Source: Reclinomonas americana ATCC 50394 (Eukaryota). Taken from it: a DNA stretch of 33,815 bases. Made by a program: the position numbers and the translations under genes. This document shows positions 1 through 15,387 of this stretch, piece by piece (position 1 is the first letter of the stretch; each line of letters starts with the position of its first letter). The stretch is taken from the NCBI GenBank assembly GCA_048213135.1, contig PS015222.1, positions 62,001 to 95,815 on the forward strand, written 5' to 3'. A model generated the notes under the pieces. It ran no database searches. It was not told the DNA's origin and worked only from the letters and a program-made list of their open reading frames with translations.

Positions 1-326
1 ACGCTCGGGTTCGACGATGCATTCGAGGATCACAAGTCGCGCCTGCCGCTGGTCACCGACAGCCAGGCACGTTCCTCGTTTCTTCACGTTCCCATAAGCA
101 CTCTGTCTCACCTGCATTCGTTCATGCACTGCAGATGATCACATACACGGTGGAGGGCGGCGGCACGGTGACGCTGCGCAACTCGGGCACCGAGCCCAAG
201 CTGAAGTACTATGTGGAGTGCTCGGGCCCCGACGCCGCCACGGCTCGTGTGCGATCCGAGGCCGTCGAACAGGCCATGATTGAGCACTTCCTGGAGCCGG
301 AGAAGAACAACCTGGTGAAGCCCTGA
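1..326 (+). CDS. PGM2: Phosphoglucomutase/phosphopentomutase (PGM2 family), 3' end only; last two exons 1-66 and 135-326
   Basis: Spliced translation ...KSRLPLVTDSQ|MITYTVEGGGTVTLRNSGTEPKLKYYVE contains the alpha-D-phosphohexomutase C-terminal R-x-SGTEPK-x-K-x-Y motif. Intron 67-134 is GC-AG. Confidence 0.9.
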   Translation, partial: ARVRRCIRGSQVAPAAGHRQPGTFLVSSRSHKHSVSPAFVHALQMITYTVEGGGTVTLRNSGTEPKLKYYVECSGPDAATARVRSEAVEQAMIEHFLEPEKNNLVKP

Positions 327-464
327 GCCAGCCACGTTTGCTCATGTGGCGTACGCCTCGGGCACACCATGAATTCATTAAACAAAATCGACTACCGAGT
401 CCCCTGTCCTCCCGCCACACACAATCGCAATCCGCGAGACAACTCGTTGTCGCTGCGTGTCACA

Positions 465-2636
465 ATGGACGTGGATGACGATGGTTTGCGTGCCCAGTCC
501 TCTGCACAATCCCTTCGCGTGCTCACTCTCTTTCCCGCTCAGTCTCCGCAGTGCGCAGTGAGCGCGATGCCGAAAGTCTGAACAGCAGTCGCCTCTCCTC
601 TGGCGCCGTCTCACCTCGCGACGACGACGGCGAGGAGTTTGATGAGGACGACGGTGACATGGACGACGAAGATGACGAGGAGAACATCAATGGCGATAGT
701 CGCGAGGTCACTCTCACACACGCACTCACGCACTCAAGCATCCACTGTCTCTGATGCACACGCGTGTGTGGCAGGTCTCGCGCAGTGCCACGCCCATGGA
801 TGCCGGTGAGCACGCCGGTGAGCATGCTGCATCGGCATCATCAGCATCATCGTCGCAACGCATGCGCGGCAGGCCATCGCGCGCGGCCGCTGCTGCTGCT
901 GCCGAGGAGTCGGCTGCGGCGGCTGCAGCTGCCGCAGGGCCGCTGTTCGCCTATCGCTCGTTTGATCGGCTGGTCCCCATTCGACTCGATGTTGACTGCG
1001 GCGAGTTGGGGCGTTTGCAGGATGTGTTTCTGTGGGATCTGGGAGGTTTGCATGTACAGCGCGAGTGTGTATCTACGTGCGTACGTGCTGAACGATGATG
1101 CGCGCGCGACTGTAGGTGACGCAGAGGAGGACGAAGAGGAGACGCGTCATCTGTACGAGGAGGGCCTCAACAACTTTGTGCTGCGACTGGCCACCGAGTA
1201 TCGATTGACCTCCGAGTACATGCATCAGGTGGCGGAGACGTGTCGTGGTCAGATCGAGTACGCCGCTCGTGTCTTGTCGCACCCGGCGCCTGTCGGTCGC
1301 TCCTTTCGTGTCAACATTTCGGTGCGCATGACTGTCGTCGCTGTGCCGTCTCTCTCATGAGCTGCTCACTTGTTTTGCTCAGCTGAACCTGCGTATCGGC
1401 CTGACGGTGTTGCAAGACAACTTTGAGTGGGACATTAACAATCCGCATGCCAGCCCTGAAGAGTTTGCCACGTGCCTGTGCGCCGAGATGGCTCTCGGAA
1501 CCGAGTGGTTGGTGCCGATTGCACACTCCATCCGCGAGCAGGTGCTGCAGGCGAGGAGAGTTGCGTCGATCCGCAATGTCATGTCGCTGCCGGCTTCCTC
1601 CTCATCGCTATCCTTCCTTTTGCGGTTCTCTTCGTAGGAGTACATTCAGAATGGCTATCCTGCGGATGCGAACGACGAGATCAGCCGCGGCATTGTGCTG
1701 GTTCACGAGCCCAGCGACGAGTACTCGCTTGTGCGTGATGAACTCGAACAGAGTCAGTTCGAGCCGGTGGTGGCCAAGGTCAATCGCGACGATGTTAGTC
1801 GCATCGAGCCGATCGAGGAACGGCAAGCGCGGTACGTGGCATCATCGCGCGCACGCCTGCCGATGGCAGTGATTGATTGTGGAGTGCAGATATCGGCGGC
1901 GAAACATGGACGTGTTTGTCGACAGTGGCGCCATGCGCGTGCAGAGGAAATGTTGCGGTCACTCGCTCACGCGCGTGAGTGTGTGTATGTGTTCTCACCA
2001 CTTTGTCACAGCAACTCTCGCGCTCCTCGAGGCCACCGGTTCTTTCCTCGGTACCGCCGTTCCGCAACTGCCGCCACGGAAGATTGTGCGGTTCAGCACC
2101 GACGAGTTTCCTGCCAGGTCTCTCTTGCGACGTCCCTTTGTGCTCTAGAGTCGTTGCTGACAACGCCGTTGCGTGTGTGTGTGTGTGACAGTGATGTGGC
2201 CCAGGTGCACGCCGTCTACCACTCCCATGCGCAGCATCTGAACTTTAAACAGGTTCCGCTTTACTTGTATACTTGCCGTCGCCTCTTACCGTCGCACCCA
2301 CACAATGTTTGCACTGCGCAGATGCACACGTTTGCGCAATACGAGGAGCTGACTGAGGTCCAGAAGCGCTTTTGTCGCGAGAACCGCATCACTCCCGAGA
2401 ACTTTTTGCGCTTCCACGAGGCACTCGTCACGCAGTATCACAAGGACGGGTACCTGCTGAAGCGCACCGCACGCGACATGATCCGCATCGGTACCTCATC
2501 TTCTCTCGTTTGCAATACCCTTGGCACATGTACCTGATACCCGTTCGCAGGTGTCAACAAGACCAACAAGCTGTACGACTTCCTCGTGGCTCAAGGCGAC
2601 GTTCGTCCCCCATCGGCGGGCCAGCAAGAAGAATGA
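465..2636 (+). CDS. SNF5/Sfh1 (SMARCB1-family) chromatin-remodelling subunit with a C-terminal ADA2-type SWIRM domain; about 11 exons
   Basis: Two SNF5 repeats: LVPIRLDVD..RLQDVFLWD and LNLRIGLTVLQDNFEWDINNPHASPEEFATCLCAEMALGTEWLVPIAHSIREQ. C-terminal LTEVQKRFCRENRITPENFLRFHEALVTQYHKDGYLLKRTARDMIRIGVNKTNKLYDFLV matches the SWIRM pattern. GT-AG introns join the exons in frame; stop TGA at 2634-2636. Confidence 0.85.
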
Positions 2637-2697
2637 AACACAATCGAAACATACTATACTATCATCATCATCATCATCTCTCTCTCTCATCCTCATC

Positions 2698-5600
2698 TCA
2701 CTTGCGATTGCTCGGTGGTCTGGTGCCGTCGCGCACCGCGCCAAAGCTCTTCACAATGGCGTGGACGTCGGGGTGGCTGCCGCTTGCCTCATCGGCGTCA
2801 CCCTCGCCGCTTCCAGGGGAGCTTCCGGAGCCGCTTGCCCCACTTGCAGTTTGCACTGCGCGCGCGCGGAGCGCACGTATCTCATGAGAAACACTGAAAT
2901 GCAACGGGCGACGGGGTGGCAAAAACGCAACTGAGGTTGAAATCAAACGCAGTTCGATCGTACCGCACGCACGGGTCCCAGTCGTAGCTCGCATACTGCA
3001 CCTTGAACTTGTTCTGCTCGATCAAATGTCTGTCCAGAGCATTCTGCAGCGCAATCGACTGCGCCAGTGTCATGTACGGCAACAGCTTGCGCAGCAGTTC
3101 GATGTCGCTGCCGCCAAAGTCACCGCGATAGGTCGAAAACACCGCCGGCAATGTGACCTGCAAAATCGGCATGAGTGGCGAGTCTCGCATATGACACGCA
3201 ATTCTCTCATCTCGCACGAAACGAGGCGGCGTTCCTGATCCAGAATCGCATCCTTGGCGATGAATTCGGAGCACACGCGGCGGAACGACACGTCGTAGGT
3301 GTCCCATCTGCGTGATGATGGAAGGAGAGTTAGTTGAGCACTGTCAAACGGGGTGGGATTGGCTTGGCTAGCTGATTCACCTGAGGATGGACACGGCAGG
3401 ACTCGACACCGAGCAGGTGGACAGACAGCAGACGAGCAGTGGACTGGGATTCCGCAGGCGCAGCTCGCGAGCCTTGTCGCGCTTGGAAAAGTACGTCTTG
3501 CCCATTCCGTGAGGACGGTTGCGGTCGCCTGTCACACGAGAATGAGAGCACAGCAACAAAAGGCCGCAGGAGATAGAACAGACAACCCACCTCGCAAAAT
3601 GCCATGCTGAATGTCGTCTAGTGACAGAACAAACTCGCCGACCTTGTACTTGGTGTTGGCAAAGAATGTCTTGCGTGCCGATCCTCGCTTGGGATACCCG
3701 TGCAGTAATATACCGTGCAACATCTGCACGCGGAAGTGAGGAAGCGCGTCATCAGCGGAGAACGGGGCTGGTGGATGATGGAGTGAAACGCAACAAGCAG
3801 ATTGTACAGGTTGACAAAGAAGGCGATGTAGCGCGGTTCGTTCTGTATAATCGAGCGTGGATCCACCTGCGCACGACAGTCACACATCCACATATCGCAT
3901 CGGCTGCAAGACAGGGGCGCCACTCACCAGTCGCAACCGTGCACTCATTTGTTCGGCAACTGAAAAGTCGTGAGAGCGGGCAATGGAGCGCAGCTTGGTC
4001 TCGAGTGCCTCGCCAACATAGGTGCTGTTGACATTGACTGCACACGGGGGGGTGAGACTCACATGACAGATACACTGGCGCGCACAATGTACGCACAGCG
4101 ATTGAGTACGTCGACCATACTGGTCAGTGCCTCGTCCACCACTCGATTCGGATCAAACACCATGGTCGACGATGTCGATGTTGGAAGCGGACCAAAGTTC
4201 AGTGCCCGATTCTCCGACATGTTCTGCGAAACGTGTTGTGTTTGTGTGAGAGACACGAAAGATGACAACGACCGCGATCAATGCAGCCACAGACAGCACC
4301 TGGTACTCGGTGTTGACCAGCGCCAAATCCTCGTTGTGTTGCAACAGCGATGCCTGTGCACCAGTGAGCGAGTGCGGACGTGGTCGGCGGCGAGAGTCTA
4401 CGCACCCTGGGGTCGACAAACCGCAGTCCACGAAGTGCCTGTGACAGCAGTACTGAGTTGGCGGCGTCGTCCACCAGAACACATGATGCCGCCACATCTT
4501 CCGGCTGTACACGAGCGAGCGCACAGTTGAAAACGACCTTTCGCAAACAAGAATTGCAAAAGTACGATACAAACCTCTCTTCTGGAAAACTCGCGGACGA
4601 TGCGATGCGCCTGAATCAACTCACTGGAGACGCACGATTGTAAGGACGGACGCGTACTGGAGTAGGGGACGGGAGTAGCAATTAAAGCGCACTTGAAGAA
4701 TTCCAGCACCATGTCGCGGTCCGTCCACACCACAAACGACACTCCACCAGCCGCGCTCGTAAACTCACCCTCCACGCCGAACACACGAATGCACGGGAGA
4801 CCTTGCATCACCCATGTTGACGTGAGCAAAAAAGGAAGAGATTCTAAGGATATACAGAGACGACGTATCACGTTGCCACACCAGGTGGAATGAGGTAGAT
4901 GAGGTTGAACTTGTAGGCCTGCAGCAGGATGTCGAATCTGGCGATCTCGCTAAACTCGGAGAAGCCAAAGAGCACGCGCTGATTCGTGAAGACCAGCCGA
5001 CCCATGCTGCCGCTCGAATTCGACACGAGTGATGAGACGTACACCACAAACTCGTTGCGCTCTGTCGTGGAAAGCACGAGCGTCAACACACACGGCGAAT
5101 TTGTGAAACAAAATTGTCCATCAACAAAGGCACTCACGCATGTGGAAGCGCGGCATATACGAGTTGCAGTTCTTGCGGATCTTGTCCAGGTTTTGCAGGA
5201 AAGCGCGCACTCCCGACACTGTCACGAGATGCGTGCGGTGGTCCAACAACGCGTTGTACAACCTTGAGGTGACATGCGTGAGTGGGCAACCATCCATCCG
5301 TCATCTTCACACGAAGCAGACATACCGACGAGCAGATGCCGTGGTCGACACGAGCGCATGGTCGGTGCACAAAACCATAAACTCTTGCTCCGGTAGCGTC
5401 TGCGTACTGGGGAAGATGGAGAGGGCATTCAACATGGCGCGCGGGTTGCAGTGACCGCCGGTTGTCGCGGCCGGCACATCGTACTCGACGGCCAGCCAAC
5501 TGCCCATGGTCTCCACCAGCAACTCCGGCGGGCCTAACGAGAAACAGCGAGTACATCAGCAGACTTTTCGCGCAGTGCGCCACTCAACGGCACACGCGTA

Positions 5601-8600
5601 ACTTCGCAGCATGCGGTCGGCAATGAGCTTGATTTCGGGGTCCATGGTATGCGTGAACTGCAGCTGGTCCGGTGGTAGCAAGACCAAGCAGTGCTCGACC
5701 AACGCAAGTACCACTTGTTCCGAGATAATTCTGCGCCACACAAGAGTGAGCGGGCTAGCCACCAATGGAGAGCAGCACGCGGCGAAACGCCACACTGCGC
5801 ACTCGCCTCTCGGTTCGATTCAAGTCCAGGAAGATGTTCAAGTCTTGCAGTGCCTTCATGTGCTGCTGCATACGTCGGTACACAGAGCATCGCATCACGA
5901 GCACGCTGCAGAGCACGCGCTGCAACCAAAAAAGAATGACGTTATTCAGCGTGACAGGCGGTCGTGGGAAGCTGCCGTACACAGCACTGCACACACCGCA
6001 GGGGCCGAGCCAGAGATCACGTCTGACAAGCGACCGAGGAGCAACTGGTACTCGGGTCGAGGCACACGACTCGAGTGGAACGGATGCGACATGGTCTGGT
6101 ATGACTCGACTTCAGTGCGCCGACGTGCGTCCGAATCCACCTCCAAGTCGCTGGTGCTCCTCTCCACTGCGCGCACAATGAATTTGAGTGGCCACAAAAA
6201 CGAAAGCAGACGTCACGCGCACGCAGAAGGCACCCACCACGCAAGTCTGAGAGTGCGGGTCGCTGGAAACACGGTTCACAAACAATGGCGACGCGCGGAT
6301 AGCTCTCCGGCTGCTCATCATTGGCGGTGATGCTGCGACAGTGAGGGACATCCACAGTGAGTGCCAGCGGCTGCAAGTGCAATGTGGATCAACGCAACGC
6401 CAGGTACTGCGTCCGGCGCAAGTAGGTGGACGCCTCACTCCGGTGCAGCGTCACATTGCGGCAGTAGTCGTTGAAAAAGTGCATGAACAGAGCCTCGCTG
6501 CACTGCCGCACGACCCAGTCGTCAAACATCATTGTCGACACGAATTCCACGTAGAATCGCTGCATGGTAAACATGAGCAAATGGGAGACGTGAGGCAGAG
6601 GGTGGCGCCACGAAACCTTGTTGTGCTCCAGCTGAAAGTCCAAGAACATGTCAGAGAAGAAGCGGTGAGACTCCTTGTCCAGCGTTCGTTGATAGCTGTG
6701 CATCACGTTGGCGAAAAAGTTGCAAAACACAAGCTGGATCTCGCGGTCGAGCACCGGTGCCATCGGCGACATCTGTGTCACCGTCGCAGCAGCGTGAGGT
6801 CGACACAAGCGTACATACCATTAACGCAAGTGCGACAGAGACGAACAAACGATGAGGCTCCGTCGAAACAGAACAGAATGTTGGAATCGTGCAGCCGATC
6901 AAACTCCTCCAGCGACGGCGTGAGAATCTGCTTGAGATCCATGCGCAGCGACCGACCTGCACCAGCAACGCATGAGATTTGATTGCATCTCTCCACTACC
7001 TTGCACAGACACTCACAATGCGGCTCAGGGAGAGGTGGCAACTGGCCATTGTCGATCACCGAGTTGCCGTCGAGATCCACAATCACCAAGCGCAACTGAG
7101 AAGGAGCGAGCGAGCAAGCAAATCAGTACTCCACAACCTGCGGCAAACAAACAAAGGCACATGCAGAGAGAAACCAACCTCGGCACTCTCCACTTCAATC
7201 AGCTCCTGCAGGAACTTGTACTCCTCCTCGAACTCATTGCAGATGCCCATAAACACAGGCACGGGCGATTGCATGTACTCGCGCATACTCGGTGGCAGCA
7301 GCGGCATGTACGGATTGACCCAGCGGAACGGGTAGATCAGACACCGAAGCGCATCCATGACCATGGTCAGCAGGGCACTGGGCGCACGCAGAAAAAAATG
7401 TCAGACGGTGGACACTCACGCAATGGTAATACGCATGCGAAACCAACACGAACCGATTCTTGCTGACCACTGCCACGTGCCGTTCGAGAAGGAGGGCGTT
7501 GATGATGATCAGAATGTTGGAGACATCGAGTGAGTAGAAAAGCGGCGCCAGCGGGACCTGTGCGGCGTCATGCAACGAGTGAAACACTGAACGCTGGTGA
7601 ACTTCCAACGATGCGCCCTCTCACCGGCGGCTTCATCAAGTCCAATTGCTCGTCGCATGGAATGCGCACGCGACGATCGGCCGCCCCGATGATGACCTCA
7701 ACGTCGACATCGGGCAGCACCTTTGATAGCACGACCTGATCGCACAAGTAGCCGATGAACTGTGGCAGCGTGTCGATGGAGTGCGGCTCAGGAAGAGAAT
7801 CCGCCTCAATCCTTGCCGACGGCTCGCCATTGCTCCTGCCCGCGCCGTCGAACGACTCGGACAGGTCGCCATCGTCAAACGAGCCGAGATCGCGCACAGT
7901 CGCATCGGTGGTCGACGGCGTCAGCAGCGGGAAGCTGGTGAACAGGGGCGACATGGGGGATGCGCACGTTGCCTGGAGCATCTGCGCGAGACACGAAACA
8001 GACTTGCGGTCAGCCGCAGTCGCCAGCCAGATTGCAGAGCGAGAGCATCACGCACCAACTCTCGCATGGTGGGCTCGATGTAGTCGGCCCACACGTGGAG
8101 CGAGATCTCGCGGAACACGCGATACATCGGCAGCTTGGACACAAACACCAGACACACCGGCACAAAAGCGCGCACAACTGTGGGCGCTCGGACGGCACGT
8201 GGAGCAAACGGTCGCTTTTTCACGCTGGACTTGCTCGCACCGGCAGCGTCGCCGCCACCACTGCTGCCCGACGCAGCATCGTCTTCCTCCACGAGGGCGG
8301 CTGTGCGATCCACAAGAGCACACCATTCGTCAGCTCACGCTGACACATGGGCAAATTCGAAACCCACAGCACCTTCATGAAAGATCACACCGGACCCCGA
8401 GGCCCCGTGCGCAGACTGCGGTGCAAACAGATCCGTGGGCGGAATAAGCAAGTAACCGGGTGTCTCGTCGCCATTGATGGAGTCGTCGCTGGCAATGTCG
8501 ACCGAGCTGTTCGGCTCGTCGTCGCTGCCGTAGCCCGAGTGGCCAGAGTTGTGTCGGAATGCGGCAGCCACCACTCGCTCTGTGCCCTCGCGCGTGGCAC

Positions 8601-9789
8601 TGACCAGTGCACCAGCCGTGGTCATCATGGCTGCGGTGGCCACGGCACTGCTTCGCGGCTGTTGCAGCAGCTCTGGAACGGGTTCCTCCACTAAGAGGAA
8701 TCACACAAATGCATTCAGCGGCATGCCAAATACGGAGAATATGAGCACATGCAGCCATGCTCAACTGTCGTCGTCCTCCATGGGCGGTAGTGCGACCGAC
8801 CGCAACGCAAAGTACTCGAGTGCATACGCAAACAACTCGCGCTTCTTGTCGTCGGTCAACACAAAGTGGAAGAAGTTGGGTGGCGGCGCCTGCTTGACCG
8901 TCGGCAGCCGAAAGAGCAGCGGATGCGGATCGAAACCCTCGATTGTGTCATCCCACGCCGGCACTGCACGAGTGTGAGTACGCAGCACCACCGTTGTCGT
9001 TTGTAATCACAGCGAGTATGAGAAAAAGTACGAAACGCGAACTGGGCATACTGGTCGCCTGCGATTCACCCACACTCGACGACGCCGCGCCGCCAGCTGT
9101 ACCCGGCCCCGGCTCGCCGCTGCCTCCCGACCCCACGCCCTCGGATCCATCCTGTGGTGGCCCGATCGAATCCAACGCACTCAGCCTGTCATCCTCCTCG
9201 GCCTCACCGTCCTCTCGCTCTCGCCGACCGCGTCGCCCGCGTGCGCGCGACAGCGGAGTGTCTTCCGGCGCATCACCGGCACCAGCACCCTCATCGTCGT
9301 CGTCCTCATCGTTACCGGCACCCGGTGGACAGCCGTACAGCACAATCGGCGAGTACTGCGAATGAGTGAACTGCACGATGACGGAGTTACAAACGAATCA
9401 TCAGTGAGCGTGAGTGAGTGAGTGTGCTGCTCTCTCTCTCTGACGCACACACACATACGCTCCACTCACCAAGTGCAACTCATTGACAAAGGGCTCGGCG
9501 CGCTTGTCGACGGGGTACACGTCCACCAATTCGCAGCGCGAGGCCTGCGGTGGTGCATCAATGTGCGGGAGAATTTGATCAGTGCCATGACACTTGTGGC
9601 GCTCATGAGCGAGCACGTGGTGCGTTTGTGTGTGTGAGAGAGAGCGTAAAGGGTGGCACACGCAACAAAGAGAGTGGGTGGAGCGCCCTGCGCCTTTTTC
9701 AGTTTGCTCTCCACAACTCCGGCTGGTGGTGGACCGACCACCACGGCCAAGTCGCACAGAAAGATGGCGGGCTCGTCGAGCAGCTTCAT
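2698..9789 (-). CDS. Large multi-exon DENN-domain protein (putative Rab GEF) with a GRAM/PH-like domain and a C-terminal DUF547-like domain; start codon tentative
   Basis: DENN motifs FFHFVLTDDKKRELFAYAL, VCLVFVSKLPMYRVFRE, PLFYSLDVSNILIIINALLLERHVAVVS and LIYPFRWVNPYMPLLP..YMQSPVPVFMG. GRAM-like MGRLVFTNQRVLF. DUF547-like AFFVNLYNLLMLHG..YKVGEFVLSLDDIQHGILR..YASYDW. Confidence 0.8.
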
Positions 9790-9936
9790 CTCTCGTACTC
9801 TGCCTCACGCGCACGTGGGTGACAGGAAGAGGCAGGAGGAGAGTTGCGGCGTCTCTGACGGCCGTGAATTGGAAGATCTTGACGACGTGACGTTCGGCTG
9901 CGGAGAGGACGACATGGTGATAGACAGCAGTGGACG

Positions 9937-11573
9937 TCAAAGCCATCTATTCCCGGCATGGCCATCATCATCGTCATCATCATCATCATCATCATCATCA
10001 TCGGCATCTGAGCTGTCACCACCGTCGTCGCCGTCGTCGGCTTGCACTTGTCGACGCTGTTCGTGAAGTGCTTGCAGACGGCGTTGTCGTCGCAGCAAGC
10101 TGGTCTGCTCGAGGGCCACATGGACGGCCAGCGCGGCCAGTGAGGGGGCGGTGGAGGCAGTCGCCAGTACCTCCAGCGCCGCAGACAACAACTGAACCTC
10201 CTTGCGCAGTGCCACTGCAAAACAGGCGTGGTGGGTAGATCACTTTGACAATCTCGTGTCCTTCAGAGCACGCACTCACCGGTGCGGTTGGCCAGCATGT
10301 GGATACTGGAACCGGCAGCCACCGCCAACCACGCTCCCCCATCGCCACTCCAGGCCACACTCAGCACTCCGACGTCGTAGCGCGTGGGAGCAGCGAATTC
10401 CACATTCTTCCAGCGATGGGTGTCTCCCACTGCTTTGGCTCGCACCTCCTGCCACACCTGCACGCGACAGTCCTGCGTGCCGACAGCCAAGAACAGACTC
10501 ATTACGGTGGCGTCGAGGTCGCGCTGCGCGTCTCCATCATGCACATCTGCGTCGACTTCTGCGCACACAAAGGCCACGTCCTCGGGCTCCTCATGCAGTC
10601 GCAGCCGTGAGACGGCTTGCGTGTCAAACGGAGCCGCACCCAGCGCCTCACATGAATTGTCCAGCAAGCACACCGAGTGGTCGCCACCCACGGCCAACCA
10701 CTGCGTATCGGGCGAGAAATCGCAGCCCCACGAGAACAGCGTGAAGAGGTGTATCGCTCGCACACACACAAGTGTCTCCGAGTCCCACACATGCACCGAG
10801 CTTTGCTCCGACGTGGAACACAACCAGTGCCCATCAGGCGAGTAGCGCACTCGATACACGGGTCGCCCTTCATGTGCATTCGCCACCACACGAGTCTGCT
10901 GGAGACGACAGGGAGTGTCGACCAGCGCAAAGGTCCGCAACGAGCCGTCGTGCGATCCCGACGCCACCTCCGCCCGCCGTCGCGACACATCCAGTCCACA
11001 GATACGATTCGAGGCCTCGGTCGCGTCATCGACTTGCTGCAGTAACTCGTGCTGACCGCGCTGCACATCCACCTTCCACACATAGACTGACGGCACAAAG
11101 GATGGTGGTCAATGCATCGACGATCGCAGCAGCAGCAAGTGCAGCAGCGCAACTCGATCCGCTCATCGAGCTGGCCAGTAATGTGCACTCATCGACCCAC
11201 ACCACCGCAAACATGTAGTTGCTGCCGTCTGGCGGGTGCACACACAGCAGCTGCGCCGACTCAACTTGCCTTCAAGTGTGAGCGTGTGTGTGAGAGAGAC
11301 TGACGAGGAGAGGACTCACCATCACTCTCCTGCAACGCGTCTCCACTCAGAGAGTGCACAAACACACCACCACCCGAGGTGCACGAGGCCAACACGTACA
11401 CAGGAGACGATGATTGTGGTGCAAAGGCGACACAGCTGCATGCATTTTTCACCTGTCAGTGACAACTGCATGCATCTCTCCACGCGACATGCGCGTGCAA
11501 CGCACCGAATGCGACAGTTGGTATCCACAGCCGAGAGATCAAGTGCACCGCGTGACTCCAGCGCCAGCGACAT
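9937..11573 (-). CDS. WD40-repeat protein with a C-terminal helical segment and poly-Asp tail; about 5 exons
   Basis: WD repeats: VASGSHDGSLRTF, AHEGRPVYRVRYSPDGHWLCSTSEQSSVHVWD, CDFSPDTQWLAVGGD, LAVGTQDCRVQVW, VLSVAWSGDGGAWLAVA. Exons join in frame from the ATG at 11573. Confidence 0.75.
9964..10002. repeat. (TCA/TCG)n trinucleotide run encoding poly-Asp on the minus strand
   Basis: atcatcatcgtcatcatcatc... is visible directly and is in frame with DDDDDDDDDDDDD of ORF 9937..10215. Confidence 0.85.
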
Positions 11574-11629
11574 CGCAGTGAAGAGACAGAATCCATTGAT
11601 CCGCCGGCCATCTTCAACAATACAAACGA
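11574..11629. promoter_or_regulatory. Putative very short bidirectional promoter/5'UTR region between divergent ATGs
   Basis: 56 nt between the inferred WD40 ATG (11573, -) and the acyl-CoA dehydrogenase ATG (11630, +). Confidence 0.5.
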
Positions 11630-15289
<3,660 letters not shown>

Positions 15290-15387
15290 CAACCCTCCGC
15301 AATGAATTCCGAGTAACAACAAATGGCACCAATTTAATAACAACAACAAACAAACAGTTCGGTACATGTATGCAGCAGCGCGCACGC

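Noticed and set aside
1551-1637. Possible GC-AG intron in the SNF5 gene
   Set aside because: An in-phase GT donor at 1560 (A|GTTGCGT) explains it and matches the dominant shifted class.
4843-4856. Minus-strand ATATCCTT resembling a second U12 donor
   Set aside because: It lies inside an ordinary GT-AG intron of the DENN gene (LIPP-G|LPCIRV) and the frame does not require it.
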